Origin: Vicugna vicugna
Lineage: Eukaryota
Reading direction: 5' to 3'
Assembly (NCBI GenBank): GCA_013265495.1
Contig: MU061578.1
Location: forward strand, 2,799,308 to 2,863,307
DNA: 64,000 nucleotides
This document shows, one piece after another, positions 51,850 through 63,266 of this stretch. The number at the start of each line of letters is the position of its first letter. The first letter of the stretch is position 1. The notes beneath the pieces are model-generated. The model did not search any database. It saw nothing but the letters and a program-made list of their open reading frames with translations, and had not been told where the DNA came from. The position numbers were made by a program, and so were the translations under genes.

Positions 51850-52450
51850 CCCCAGCAGCTCGGCTCACCCTCGGCCTCGGAGTCTCCTGGGACGCAGCTC
51901 CGGGACAACAAGGAGCTGAGCCCTCCAGGGTCCCTTACGGCCTCCTGGCCGGGAGCACAGCGCCTGGGGAGGAGTGCAAACGCGGTCACCGAGCCTGGGG
52001 CGTCCGATCCTGCACACCCTGAGACCGGGAGGGTCAGGGAGGGGCCTGCGGGACCGGAGCGATCCCTGCCAGGCGGGAGCGCTCCAGGACCCAGGACAGC
52101 GGAGATCCTGGCCTGGCCCCACCCCCGCCCAGCCACGGCCCCGCCCAGATTTACCCGGCCTTGGACTGGCCCCGCCCTGGACTGGCCCCACCCCAGTCTT
52201 AGCCCCTCCTTTCACTTTGTGCGTCCTCGTTTGACCACGCCCCCATCCCATCCCGTCCTCCAGACTGGCCACGCCTCATGCAGGCCCCGCCTACCTAGGG
52301 TCGCACCCCTAGGGCACCCAGCCTCGGGGGTGGCCAAACCCCAGGAAGATTCCGCCACAAGGCTCCACCCCCAGTGTAGCTCTGCCCTCCGGTGAACCTT
52401 TGCCCCGCCCAGCCCCTTTGCCCCTCCCAGCCCCTTTGCCCCAATACAGT
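51850..52450 (-). promoter_or_regulatory. SEC14L5: GC/CpG-rich TATA-less promoter of SEC14L5 with several GC boxes
   Basis: High CpG density; CCCCGCCC (Sp/KLF-type) motifs near 52123, 52139, 52170 and 52403; G-run clusters on the - strand. Confidence 0.7.
51869..52100 (-). other. SEC14L5: Probable non-coding exon 1 of SEC14L5 (5' end approximate)
   Basis: Minus-strand donor GAGG|gtgagc at 51868 inside a CpG-rich block directly downstream of the GC boxes; the TSS cannot be fixed from sequence. Confidence 0.55.
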
Positions 52451-53370
52451 TCACGTTGAGCCCCTTCCCTAACTCGGTCAACTTCCACCACCTGGGCTCT
52501 GAGTCAGGTCGCTCCCCTGGCCACGTCCCAGAGCCCACTTGGTCCTGCCCCAAGCCGGGCCATGCCTCTCTCATTCACTTTGCGTGTGTTTATAGAGACC
52601 CTGCTAAACGTCAGGTCTTTTCAGGCGCTAGAGTCGTCAGTGAACAAAACAGGTAAAAATCTTACCCTTCGTGGAGTATAAGGCAAATATATGGCGCTAT
52701 GTGAGACAGGGGAAAATGCTAAGGTGAAAAAAATAAACAGGGAAGGGGTTCAAAAGCGAGCAGAGGGAGGGTACGGTTAAAAATAGGGTGGACTGGGGCT
52801 CTCCTGGGAGCGTGACGTTTGCCCATTATCCTCACTTTAGCTCACAGGCAAACCCTTCCAGCCCTCCCAGGATCCCGAAGACCCAGCCTCCCTTCCATAG
52901 CCCTCCCTGCCCTCTGCCCATCTGTTCGGCCTGGAGGAGCCAAGAAGCTGGCTCTGGACACTCTTGTCATCCGTGTATTCATTCATTCGACATTTACTGA
53001 GTACCTACTATGAGCAGGACTGGGTGACTTCACCCATTTGCAAGAGGGACTCAAAAAGTAGGCATGTCTTTACGTGGCCCACAGTCCTGAGCAGGGAGAC
53101 GATGAACAGGGAGACAGACAACGCTCCGTTTAGCAAATATATTGTTGCACCTCGTGGTAACCAGCCCGCTTGCTTCCTTCCTAGCATGTGTCACACTCTG
53201 TAATCATCTTATTTATTTATTCATTTTATTTATTTGTGGGTCTGACCTGGGAGACTGTGAACTCTGTGAAGGTTAGAGACTGCATCTGCCCCGCTCTGCA
53301 GGATCTTACTGGGGACCTGGCGCTCAGTGCGTTTTCTCGATTAAGATGATCAAGGATGGAAATGGAGCGC

Positions 53371-53402
53371 ACAGTTCCCACATCTGCCACAAGGTGGCAG
53401 CA
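53371..53402 (+). promoter_or_regulatory. Candidate CTCF site (core plus upstream module)
   Basis: Core GCCACAAGGTGGCAGC is one mismatch from CCACCAGGTGGCAGC; upstream CAGTTCC lies at the usual spacing. Confidence 0.55.
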
Positions 53403-54753
53403 AACAACAGCCCATGGCTCCTGGATCGTCACGAAGGGGAATTGTCGGGGGAGATGAGCCTCCAGGGATGTTTCGCTGTACCCAGGGTTCACCAAGGAAA
53501 CTTCCTGGGCGTCAGTGCAGGGCGTTAGCGAGCATTCACACACCGTCGGCTGTTGTTACAGCACGAAAGGTATTGAGTTGGCATAAAGTAACCATTGAGC
53601 GGGATGTTTACTCCGGAAAGAATAGGAGGGAACAGTCTATCCCAAGCTCTCCAGCTCCTAAGACTCCCCTCGGCAGGATGCGTGTTGAAATGCAGATTCC
53701 AGGGCACCTCTCAAAGAGCCTAAGAATGTGCTCATTTAACAAGCTGGTTCTTCTAAGTGGACACGTCTGGTAGTGCTGGCTGGCAGATCGCAGGTCATTC
53801 CCAGCGCTTGGGGATCCCAGGATCTTGGAGTGAACGCCGGCCCTGGGAGGGAGGAGGTGCGCTCAGAAGCCGGGGAGGTCTGCTCATAAGAGCTCCTCCC
53901 AGATGTGGTCGTGCTCCCACTCCCATTACTCTCTTCCACCGGGGCAGAATCTTCCTGGCCACCCCTACACGTGTCTCCTTTGCCACAGAAGGTGACATCT
54001 TGGGGGAGCTGGAGCGGGCACCAGAGATGCAGGTAGAGAGGGGTCCAAGAAAAGCCAAGAGGAGCAAAGGAGAGACCCTGAGACTGCGGGGAGGCTTCAA
54101 GTCTCCCGGCTACAGTCAGCGCCGCCCCTCCCACAACCGGGGAGGACACTACTGGTTGGGGGAAGGGGTGCGACAACTGCAGGGGTAGAGAGCTCAAAGT
54201 GGAAAATGGGGCTGGGAGGGGAGGGAGAGCCTAATTCCCTCCTTCTACAGCCAAAGAAAGAGAATTAGTAACAGCACCTGCCAGGTGCTTCCTATAACCA
54301 ACACTGTTCTACTACCAATCATTCCTGCCATTTATTGAGCCCTTACTTGACACAGGCTGTACCAGGCACAGGTCTAAGGCTTTACAAACATTCACACATT
54401 AAGTCCTCGAAAATAACCTCTGTGGTGATGAAAATGTTTTGGCACTCTACAGAGACTGGTTGCACAACACTCTGAATGCACTAAATGCCACTGAGTTGTA
54501 CACATTAAAATGATTAATTTTTTGTTATCTGATTATACCTAAATTAAAGCAAAACAAAAAGAAACAAAAAAAACCTTTTAAGGTGAAAACTCTGTTAATC
54601 CTCATTTTAAAGACAAAGAAACTAAGACACAGAGAGTTTAGGTAACTTGCCCTAGGTCACACAGCTACTAAGGAACTTCTTCCCCCAGGGCTGCAGCTGG
54701 AATCCCAGGAAGATGTGATTTCCCAGCCTGAGCTGCAAAAATATCCAGGCAGG

Positions 54754-55153
54754 AGTCCCGCGCCCGGCGCCACCATGCCCAAGTGCCCCAAGTGCGACAA
54801 GGAGGTGTACTTTGCTGAGCGGGTGACCTCCCTCGGAAAGAATTGGCATCGGCCTTGCCTGAAGCGTGAGAAATGTGGAAAGACGCTGACCTCAGGGGGT
54901 CACGCCGAGCATGAAGGCAAGCCCTATTGCAACCACCCCTGCTATGCTGCCATGTTCGGACCCAAAGGCTTTGGGCGTGTTGGAGCTGAGAGTCACACTT
55001 TCAAGTGAACCCAGGTTTTGGAGATCCCATCCCTGGCTGCCCGCTGGGCCGCTGCCCCTCCAGGCTGAAGGGAGGCCTTCCCCACAAGCACCTGGGTCTC
55101 CCCTGTAGACCCCTATGCCCTCAATAAACCCGGACTCCTGGAAAAAAAAAAAA
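54754..55153 (+). pseudogene. CRIP1: Processed retrocopy of CRIP1 (cysteine-rich intestinal protein 1, single LIM domain); ORF 54775-55008 is open
   Basis: Intronless [36 protein letters not shown]...GAESHTFK (77 aa) with gccaccATG. AATAAA at 55123-55128, A12 tail at 55142-55153, and direct repeat AAAAATATCCAGGCAGG at 54737-54753 and 55149-55165 (TSD). Confidence 0.95.
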
Positions 55154-55649
55154 TATCCAGGCAGGCATCCTGGCTCGGGACTGAGGTACCAAAAAGATGA
55201 GCTGTCTCCATGGGAACATTAGGGGCATGAAGTCAGTCTCAGGGGCAGGACCTTCATCCTCTATCTGCTGCTTCCTACCCGCCCTGCAGGAATGACCAAG
55301 CCACAGCTGCCTTTTGGTAAGTGGGTTTGGAAGACTCCAGAAACCACCCCACATCTTTGAATATCTCCCTTGCAAATGGACCATTACCACAGGAAATTCA
55401 GCCATTAGAAATGCATTTATTTGAGTAAAACACTGGGCCCAATCCAAGCACAGATGCCCCTGGAAGGCAGCCTGCAGGGAAATGTCCTCAGTTGGAAAGC
55501 TCAGTGTGACACTGTTAAGGTAAGGAGGGGGATGGGTGTGAGAAGGTCCAGGGGTCTAGACCCTGGTGGGGGTACAAGTGGCCCTTGATCTGGGCCCTAG
55601 AATGCATAAAGGCCCTGGGAAGGCACTGAAGCTAGAGAGAGTGGGGCAT

Positions 55650-55870
55650 TTTTTATTGTGATAAAACACACATAATATAAAAGTTACCAGTTTTAACCAC
55701 TTTTAAGTGTACAATTCAGTAGCTTTTAATATATTCACAGAGTTGTGCATCCATCACCACTGCCTACTTCCAGAACATTTTCATCACCCAGAAAGAAAAC
55801 TAGTACCCATCAAGCAGTCACTTCTTCCTCCCTCCCCCAACCCCGACAACCCTCATTCTGCTTTCTGCAC
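55650..55870 (-). mobile_element. L1M 3' fragment; further L1M pieces near 54420-54570 (+) and 56420-56690 (+)
   Basis: ttttaagtgtacaattcagtag...catcaccactgcctacttccagaacattttcatcacccagaaagaaa. Confidence 0.7.
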
Positions 55871-56789
55871 CACATCTCATTTGTCCCAGGGCCTGCTTCT
55901 AATCGTGCTCCTTCTTCCTCCTCCTAAGAGTGGAGCTCAGAGACCTCCTAGATTTTGGGAACCTTAAGGGCCAACAGGGTCATTGGCAAGGTGAGCATGC
56001 TGTAGCCTGCACAACTCTATGCAGTGGTCCTGGTCATTGGGCAGCTTGGATTCAGTGGATGCTGAGTCTGTGGGAGTCTGACTCAGAAGGTTGCACAGCC
56101 AGGCCCCACCCACCCCCATCCCACCCCCAAGTCCAGTCACTTACACACACACACACACAACACACGCATGATTTGGGATTCCACCAGGCACTGAATGTGG
56201 AGTCAGTGTCCAAAGGTGAGTAAAAGCCTCTGAGCCCCAGGAGTTCTCAGCGAGGAGGGGAGGGAACAAGAGCAAAGGTAAGATGCCCCAGAGTAAGGGG
56301 CTGAATGGCAAAGTGGTGAGTGCTGGAGTCAGGTCAGCCTGCGTGTGAGTTTTGGCTCTGCCACCTTCCAGCATCCTTGCAGTGTATGTGGCTGCAGTGT
56401 CTCCCTTAAAATGGGGGTGACGTGGAAATTATTCCACCTTAAAAAAGATTCATCATGGTTGAACCTTCAAGATACGCTCAGTGAAAGAAGCCAGACACAG
56501 AAGGACGAATGTTGTGACATCCCACTCATACGCAGTACCTAAGTCATCAAGTTCACAGAGACAGGAAGTGGAAAGGTGGCTGCCAGGGGCAGGGGGAGTT
56601 AATGTTTAGTGGGTGCAGTTTCAGTTTGCAAGAGGAAAAAGTTGTGGATGGTGGTGATGGTTGCACAACAACGTGAGTGTACTTAATGCCCCCTACTCTC
56701 CAACCTCTGCCCATGACCTTCCTGGGGCCCAAAGTCACCTTGATGACTGAGGACGAGGTCCCCTGGGGGGCAGTAAGAAGGAACCCTCG

Positions 56790-57285
56790 TGTACGAGCTT
56801 CCCACTGCTGCTGTAACCGATTACCACACACTTAGTGGCTTAAAAAACAACACAAATTTATCATCATACAGCTGTGGAGGTCAGAACCTGAAATCAGTCT
56901 CACTGGACTACAGCCCAGGTCTCCACAGAGTTAGCTGCTTCTGGAGGCTCTGAAGGAAGACTCCATTTCCTTCCCTTTTCCAGCTCCTGGAGGCTGGGTT
57001 CCTTGGCTTGTGGCCCCTTCCTCCATCCTTAAACCGCATCACTCCATCTCTCTTCATTGGGGCATCCCATGGCCTTCTTTTCTGGTGTGTCCTTGTCTCC
57101 AATCTCTTTCTGCCTTTCTCTTATAATGACCCCTATTGTTGGATGCAGGGCTCACTCTAAATCCAGGATGACCTCTTTTGTTTAAGTACATCTAATAGAC
57201 CCTTTTCCCAAATAAATTCACATTCCCAGGTTTCAGGGAGTTAGTTCTTGGACTTGTCTTCTTTGGGGGGCCACCATCAGCCCAC
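56790..57285 (-). mobile_element. ERVL-MaLR solo LTR (MLT1-like)
   Basis: gctgtaac...cttagtggcttaaaaaacaacacaaatttatc...ttccaaataaattcacattc. Confidence 0.7.
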
Positions 57286-60200
57286 TGCGGGGCCCAGCTT
57301 GCGACTGCACCCTGGGTTGGCTTGCCTCCCCTGGTGTGCCCTTCCCATCCCCTGCCCCTGTGACCTGAGGTCACTGCCAAAGGCAAAGATCCTGCACTCA
57401 AGCTCTGCATTCAGGGGGACCTGGGCCAGGACAGCTATGGCCTCCGAATCCTCTGGGTTGAAGGCAGGACGTGTCACTATTGCCTTTCAGCAGATCAGTT
57501 GTGATGCCAGCCCCCCATGTGAGTCCGAATAGTACCGGGGAGTAGGGACGGGCAGAGGGAGAGTCAGGGCTGCAGTGCAGTGGTCAGAGGTCCAGGAGGG
57601 ATGAAGGAGGCTGGACCACGACGCTGCAGCCGGGACTCCAACATCCAGAGGTCAGCTTGGGTCCTGACTCTGCCCACCAAGCTGGGGTCAGACCAAGGAG
57701 TCTGGCAGGTTGAGTTGGGGGCAGCCACAGGCACCAAAAGCTAAGCTTGGCCTCGTCAATAGACCCCCAGGGACCCTACCCCCCAGCTCAGTCCCTGAGG
57801 CCCTGGCTGCCCAGCCAGCACCATCCCCAAGCTTCCCCTGCCTTGGGGAGAGGCCAGGGTTCTAGGTCGTCCACTTCTCCATTCCTGGGCCCAGGCTGAC
57901 TCTCTGGAGCTACCCAGTGTGCTAATTAAATTAATTAAATGGATCTGAACATGTCATCTACTTATATAAATAATAAATATACTCTAAACAGCAAAATGAA
58001 ACAGCCCACTTCACAAGCCACATTTCAAGTGTTCAGTGGCTATGTGTGGCTCGTGCCTCCTTCAAAATACGGACCATTTCTATCATTGCAGGAAGTTCTG
58101 TGGGACAGGGCTGTTTCGAGTCATCCTTGGACCAGCAGAGGCTGGGCCCTGTCTCGGGAACAGGATGAGCTGGGAGGGAGTGGAGCAGGGACCCCAGGGC
58201 CAGGAGGCGGGGGTGTTTGTCCAGAGGTGACTGGCGTTGACTCATCAGTTCCAAGTCCTGGGCCCGGGTGAGGGATTAAGCCAGAGCTGGTGACCGGAGG
58301 GTGGCCTGGGAGGGCAGCCCGAGGTGGCTTGGCCTCCTGGGTCCAGGGCAGGAATGTTTGACCTCAGCAGAGAGAGTGGACAAAGGGCCCAGGCAGGCCC
58401 AGACCCAGGTAGACCGGCAGAAGGGCAAACTGGCCAAATTAGGGGCAGCTCTACTTTAAATCACAAATGGCAAGAATACAGCACCGACTGCTTCTCTTAC
58501 TACACGCTGGGCTTTCCTCGCTGTGAGGCCTGTGCACTCCTCGCCTTCCTGACCCCGGTCCACCTTTCCAGAGCAAGGCCGTTTCGTCGTTCATCAGCCG
58601 CTGCCCCACTGATGGGCATTTAGGTCATTTCATTTCTTTAAATGTGGTCGTCCGCTTGCTTTTCTATCGCTTTCCCTTCCCAGACTGGGGGCTGCAGGCC
58701 GTATCTGGCTAGCTGCTGGGTCCACAGGGTGGGGCATACAGTAGGTGGTCCATAAATGGATGGTGAATGTGTGGGAGGCACTGTGGGGGCAAGAGGTCAT
58801 GATCCTCCCTTTGGGGCCAGGGGAGCCTGATTCCCGTGGAAATATCAGTGACTCTTGGGAGGGAAGGAGGATGATGAGGGAACCCGGGGTCCCTGCCAGG
58901 AAGGATCTCCCCCCTCTTCCTTGCCAGGACTCCAGCCACCCTCAGTCTGGGGTCTGGCCACTTTCCTCACAGTGTCCCCAGTCCTCCCTCTCCGTGACTT
59001 TGTCTGCCTGGGGTGCTCTGTCCTTGGGGTCATAGGAGCCATGCCACCACCCACACAGGAACTTCACCCCAGTCCTCTGCCACCAACTCTCTGAGGGCAG
59101 GAACCTGTATCCATTGTGCTTACCTTCTATCCTGTTTGCCTAGAACAGGACTTGTCACATAGTAGATGCTCAATAAATATTGGATGAATGAACGAATGAT
59201 TCCCTTCTCTTCCACCATGGTTCTGACTCAGGACCTGCTAGGCCGTGGTTGGTCCTCCTCTGGGGACCTTCCCTGGGACCACCACGGTGCCTTGACCCTC
59301 TTGTTCATTCATTCATTCACTCAACATGACCCTGGGCACCTACTCTGTGCCATCCACTGGTGGTGGAGGTGGGGACAAGCGTGCTGGCTCAGAGAGCAGA
59401 GTTTAAATCCTGAGGCCCCTCCTGACCCCTTTGAGCAAGCGCTGAATGTCTTGGAGCTTCTGCTTCCACATCTGAAAAATGGGAAGAAGGGGGCCAGTTT
59501 GTCATCTTTGCTCTGGTGATGGTTCCACCATTGGGTGCTTGTGTCAAAACTCATCAGATGGTAGACTTTAAATATGTGCACTTTGTTGTATGTCTATCAC
59601 CCGTCAGTGAGGCTGGAAATCACAGGGCCAACTCCCCAGGCCGAGCACTAAGCCCAGGGCCTGGCTTAGAGTAAACGCTCAACAATAGTTGTTATTTTCT
59701 GTTATTATTACATGTCTTACTTCACTGAATTCTTTTAAGACCCTAAGGAGCTGGTGCCGGAGTGTGCCCATTTTGCAGGTGGAGAAACCAAGGTTTAGGG
59801 AGTTGAAGACATTTTCCCAGGGTCACATAGCTAGGAGATGGAGGAGCTGGGATGTGACATCTTAGCTCACTGGTTCTTATTCATTTTACAAATGGAGAAA
59901 TTGAGGTTCAGAGAGGTTAAGCCACCTGCCTAAGATTACATAGCTGGGTGCATGGAAGAGCCAGGATTTCAATTGGGGTTGGTTTCAAGCTAAAATTTGA
60001 TTTGATTCTGCGTTCTGTCCCCTGTGGCCTGGACTGTCCATCACTCAGGCCCCCAAGCTCAGGAGGGAATGGGCTCCTGACCTCTTGACTGGGCCATCCC
60101 ATCCCCAGGGGCTGTCACACACTGGCCCCAGAAATGTAGCCCCTGGGGCAGCGTGAGCCCTGGCAGGTGGGGTGGGAGGAAGTAGGCTTGGCTGTGGTGA

Positions 60201-63147
60201 GGGGAGTTCTGCGGTTGGGCGGCTGGTCCTGCAGGGATCCCAGCCCCACCCAGAGCCTCTCTCTGCCCTGACAGCCTGACCTCCTCACTGGGTGGTTCTT
60301 ACCGCCTGATCTGAGAGGCACAGGGACAGGCTTGAAACGAGGTGTCCAGAGACGTGGAGTAGGCTGTGCTGGAAAGCCATGCAAGGTTCAAGATGAGGCC
60401 CAGATCTGCAAGATGGGGTGAGGGGGCGGTAGGGCCACAGTGGATGCCAATTCGTGAGTGAGGCCAGGTCCCAGGGGCCTCCTGCTGAGCAGAGGGTTAA
60501 ACCCTCTGTGACTGGGTCCTGGGGTGAGGCCAGGGTAGCCAGGGGTACTGGGGGCTCAAAGTAGCCACTGTTCAACCACTGGTCAGGAACTGTTTCAGTA
60601 TGTTGACAGCAGACTGCTGGACAGATGCACACCTGCATCCAGAGAGTCTGGCAGGGGAGTTATCCCAGCAGTAGCTCCCTGGGGGGTGGGCAGCGGGCTG
60701 GGGCTGTCTGGCAGGCAGTGGGGAGGTGACCAGGATGGGGCAGCCAGCCAGGGACCCCAGGCAGATGGGGCCCTGAGGCACATTCTCAGGGCATGACTCA
60801 GGGGCAGGCAGAGTGGATGACTCACCATGGACCCTCTCCTGTCCTTACTGCCCAGGCCCAGCCTCTCCTCTGGTCCCAGGGAGGCTGTGGGGAGCTCAGT
60901 AGGCCCCCAGCTCAGGGCTGAGTGTAAGCGCATCTGGGCTGGAGGGCCAACAGGATTTTCCATCCCTTGCATTGTTCTGTAAGAAAAGTAAATATATGTT
61001 ACAAAACACGGGGTGAAACTGGGCCAGCCCCCTCCTGTCCCCTCAAAGAGTGAGGAGTAGAAGGACCTCCATGCCAGGTGGTCTGCACACATCACAGAGC
61101 ACTAGCTCTTCCCCATTTTACAGATGGGGAAACCAAGGTTCAGAGAGGTTAAGCCACCTATCCAAGGTCACACAGCTGGATGTGGCAGAACCAGGATTCA
61201 AACCTAGGTTGCCCTTAAGCTACAGCCTATGGGCTCTTCCCAGGCAGCTGTAGACCAGGCCCTGAGCCTGTGTTCCATCTCCTTCTGTTCACAGCTGTGT
61301 TTCTCAGGGTGGCCCAGAAACCCACATGTTTCAGCATCCCAGAGGGTATGTGTTTGTTAACATGCAGATTCCGGGGCCCTATGCAGACTCACTCAACCAT
61401 AATCTCAGAGGAGGGACCCTGGAATCTGCATTTTAAAATGCTTCCCAGGTGGGAGTGAGGCCTTACAGCTGGAGATGGGAAATGCGCTGCCCACAGGAGG
61501 GCAGGCCAGGCCTCTGCCCTGGCAGAAGGCTCTGCAGTAAGGAACAGGCCTTCTTGTTTCAAACTGGCTGGTTCACAGAAACACCAGAGCCAGCAGCCAG
61601 CAAGGGAGTGAGACAGTGCCTCTCCAGCTGCTGGGGAAATAATGACAGCAAACAGGGAGGGTGTGGGTGACCCTTTGGAAGGTGCTGGCCTCCTGGGAGC
61701 TGGCAGCCTGGCCCAGCTGCCAAGAGCGGACAGGATTCAGGGGCCAAAGGTGGCCTGGTTGCCAGGGATCTGGATGGCCCCATCAAAGAAACCCCAGGAA
61801 AGCAAATACCCTCCCCAAGTCCCCAGCCCACGTCACAAGCAGAGCGGATGAGTCACTTGGCATAAGAGGGCTCCGTGGAACCAAACAAATCCGATCTGCC
61901 CAGAGGAGGATGTGCGGGGCCAGAACACAGCTCCCACCCCATCCGGCCTGCCCACAGAGTGTCGTGCACATGTGTATGCACATGTGCACACACACATGCA
62001 TGCACGCACAGCCACACCAGCTTGGAACCCAGATTTTAGAGAATGGAGGAAGGAGGGTTGTGAAGCACAACTTGAATTCCTCCTCAAATCTGCTAATTCT
62101 TCCCAAAGCAATTGGGCCAGGCCAGGCTGAGTCAGCAGGATTCCCTGCTGCCTCCTGAGCCCAGGAGGGTGGAACTGGGTGGGAGTCCAAGAGCGTGGGG
62201 CTGGAGCAGGCTAACCCAGCAACTAGCCTCAGAACCCTTCCCTAGAAAATGAGATAAGAAAGCCTCTTCCCAGGTGGCAGTCCTTGGGGGGCGTCAATCA
62301 GCTGAGGCATGCTGGGCACATGCCATGTTGCTTGGCATGGAGCCAGCCCTCAATAAATAAGAAATGGCAATAATATCACCAGTGTCACAGCTGGTACTCA
62401 GCAGCTGAGCTATAAGTCTGCTAACGTAAAGGCCCCTAGTTTGGCTCCCTCCTCAAAGCCAGACTTTGGGGAGGTGTGGGGAACGGAGACTTAAAAGTTG
62501 GGAGAAGTCCACAGCTCTGACATAGTTTGGAGTTCCTGTACTTGCTTATAACCCTCAGCCCACAGGCATTGAGCCTCCAGCTACAGGTGTAACCCCCTCC
62601 TTTTTGTGGAGCCCTCACTAAGTGCTGGGGGGGGGCATGCTGTTGTGCCCATTTCACAGATGAGGAGAACTGAGGCTCAGAGAGACAAAATGACTTGCCA
62701 AGCTGCTCACACAGCTGAAAGAGACTGAACAAGGACTCCACCCCAGCCTGGGGGGAGTTAAGAGGGGGAATCTGTTCCCCTTCCTCCCCATCTTTGGAGT
62801 CCTGATAAGGCTCTTCTTCCCAGAGTAATCCCAGTAGGCTTTGTAGTGTTGGATCTTTGTCTCTGATCTTAGACTATCAGCAACTTGAAGGTAGAGCAGC
62901 TTCCTTGTTCGGCATGGGTTCTAGTTTACCCAAATGCCGTATCTTCCATAATCCTTATCAACCAGTATCTTTCAGTCCAGTAAGAAAGTCCAACAAATAA
63001 GGAGGTTGGTACCACAGAGTATGGTGGGTGCTGACAGCAGGGCATGAAGTGGAGAGAGGCCAAGGGAGAGGGCAGCAGGGAAGGCTCTGGGAAGAGGGAA
63101 AGCCAGGCGTGGGTCATTTTGAAACAGGTTTTTAAAAAGTAACTGGA

Positions 63148-63266
63148 GGAGGGTTAGTATAGCCCAGTGGCAGAGCATATGCTTAGCATGTGCTGGGTCC
63201 TGGGTTCAATCCTCAGGATTTCTGCTAAAAAAAAAAAAAAAGTACAGCATGAAAAACTCTTAAACA
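63148..63266 (+). mobile_element. tRNA-derived SINE with 14-bp TSD
   Basis: TATAGCCCAGTGGCAGAG...GGGTTCAATCC plus A15; AAAAAGTAACTGGA at 63134-63147 and 63267-63280. Confidence 0.85.

Noticed and set aside
51420..52136. 238-aa minus-strand ORF over the SEC14L5 promoter and intron 1
   Set aside because: GC-rich and (GT)-rich low-complexity sequence with few stops by composition; no homology recognised, and it crosses the probable exon 1 donor.
54715..54774. N-terminal extension of the CRIP1 ORF ([20 protein letters not shown])
   Set aside because: It starts at GTG in flanking DNA and crosses the TSD; the true start is the Kozak ATG at 54775.
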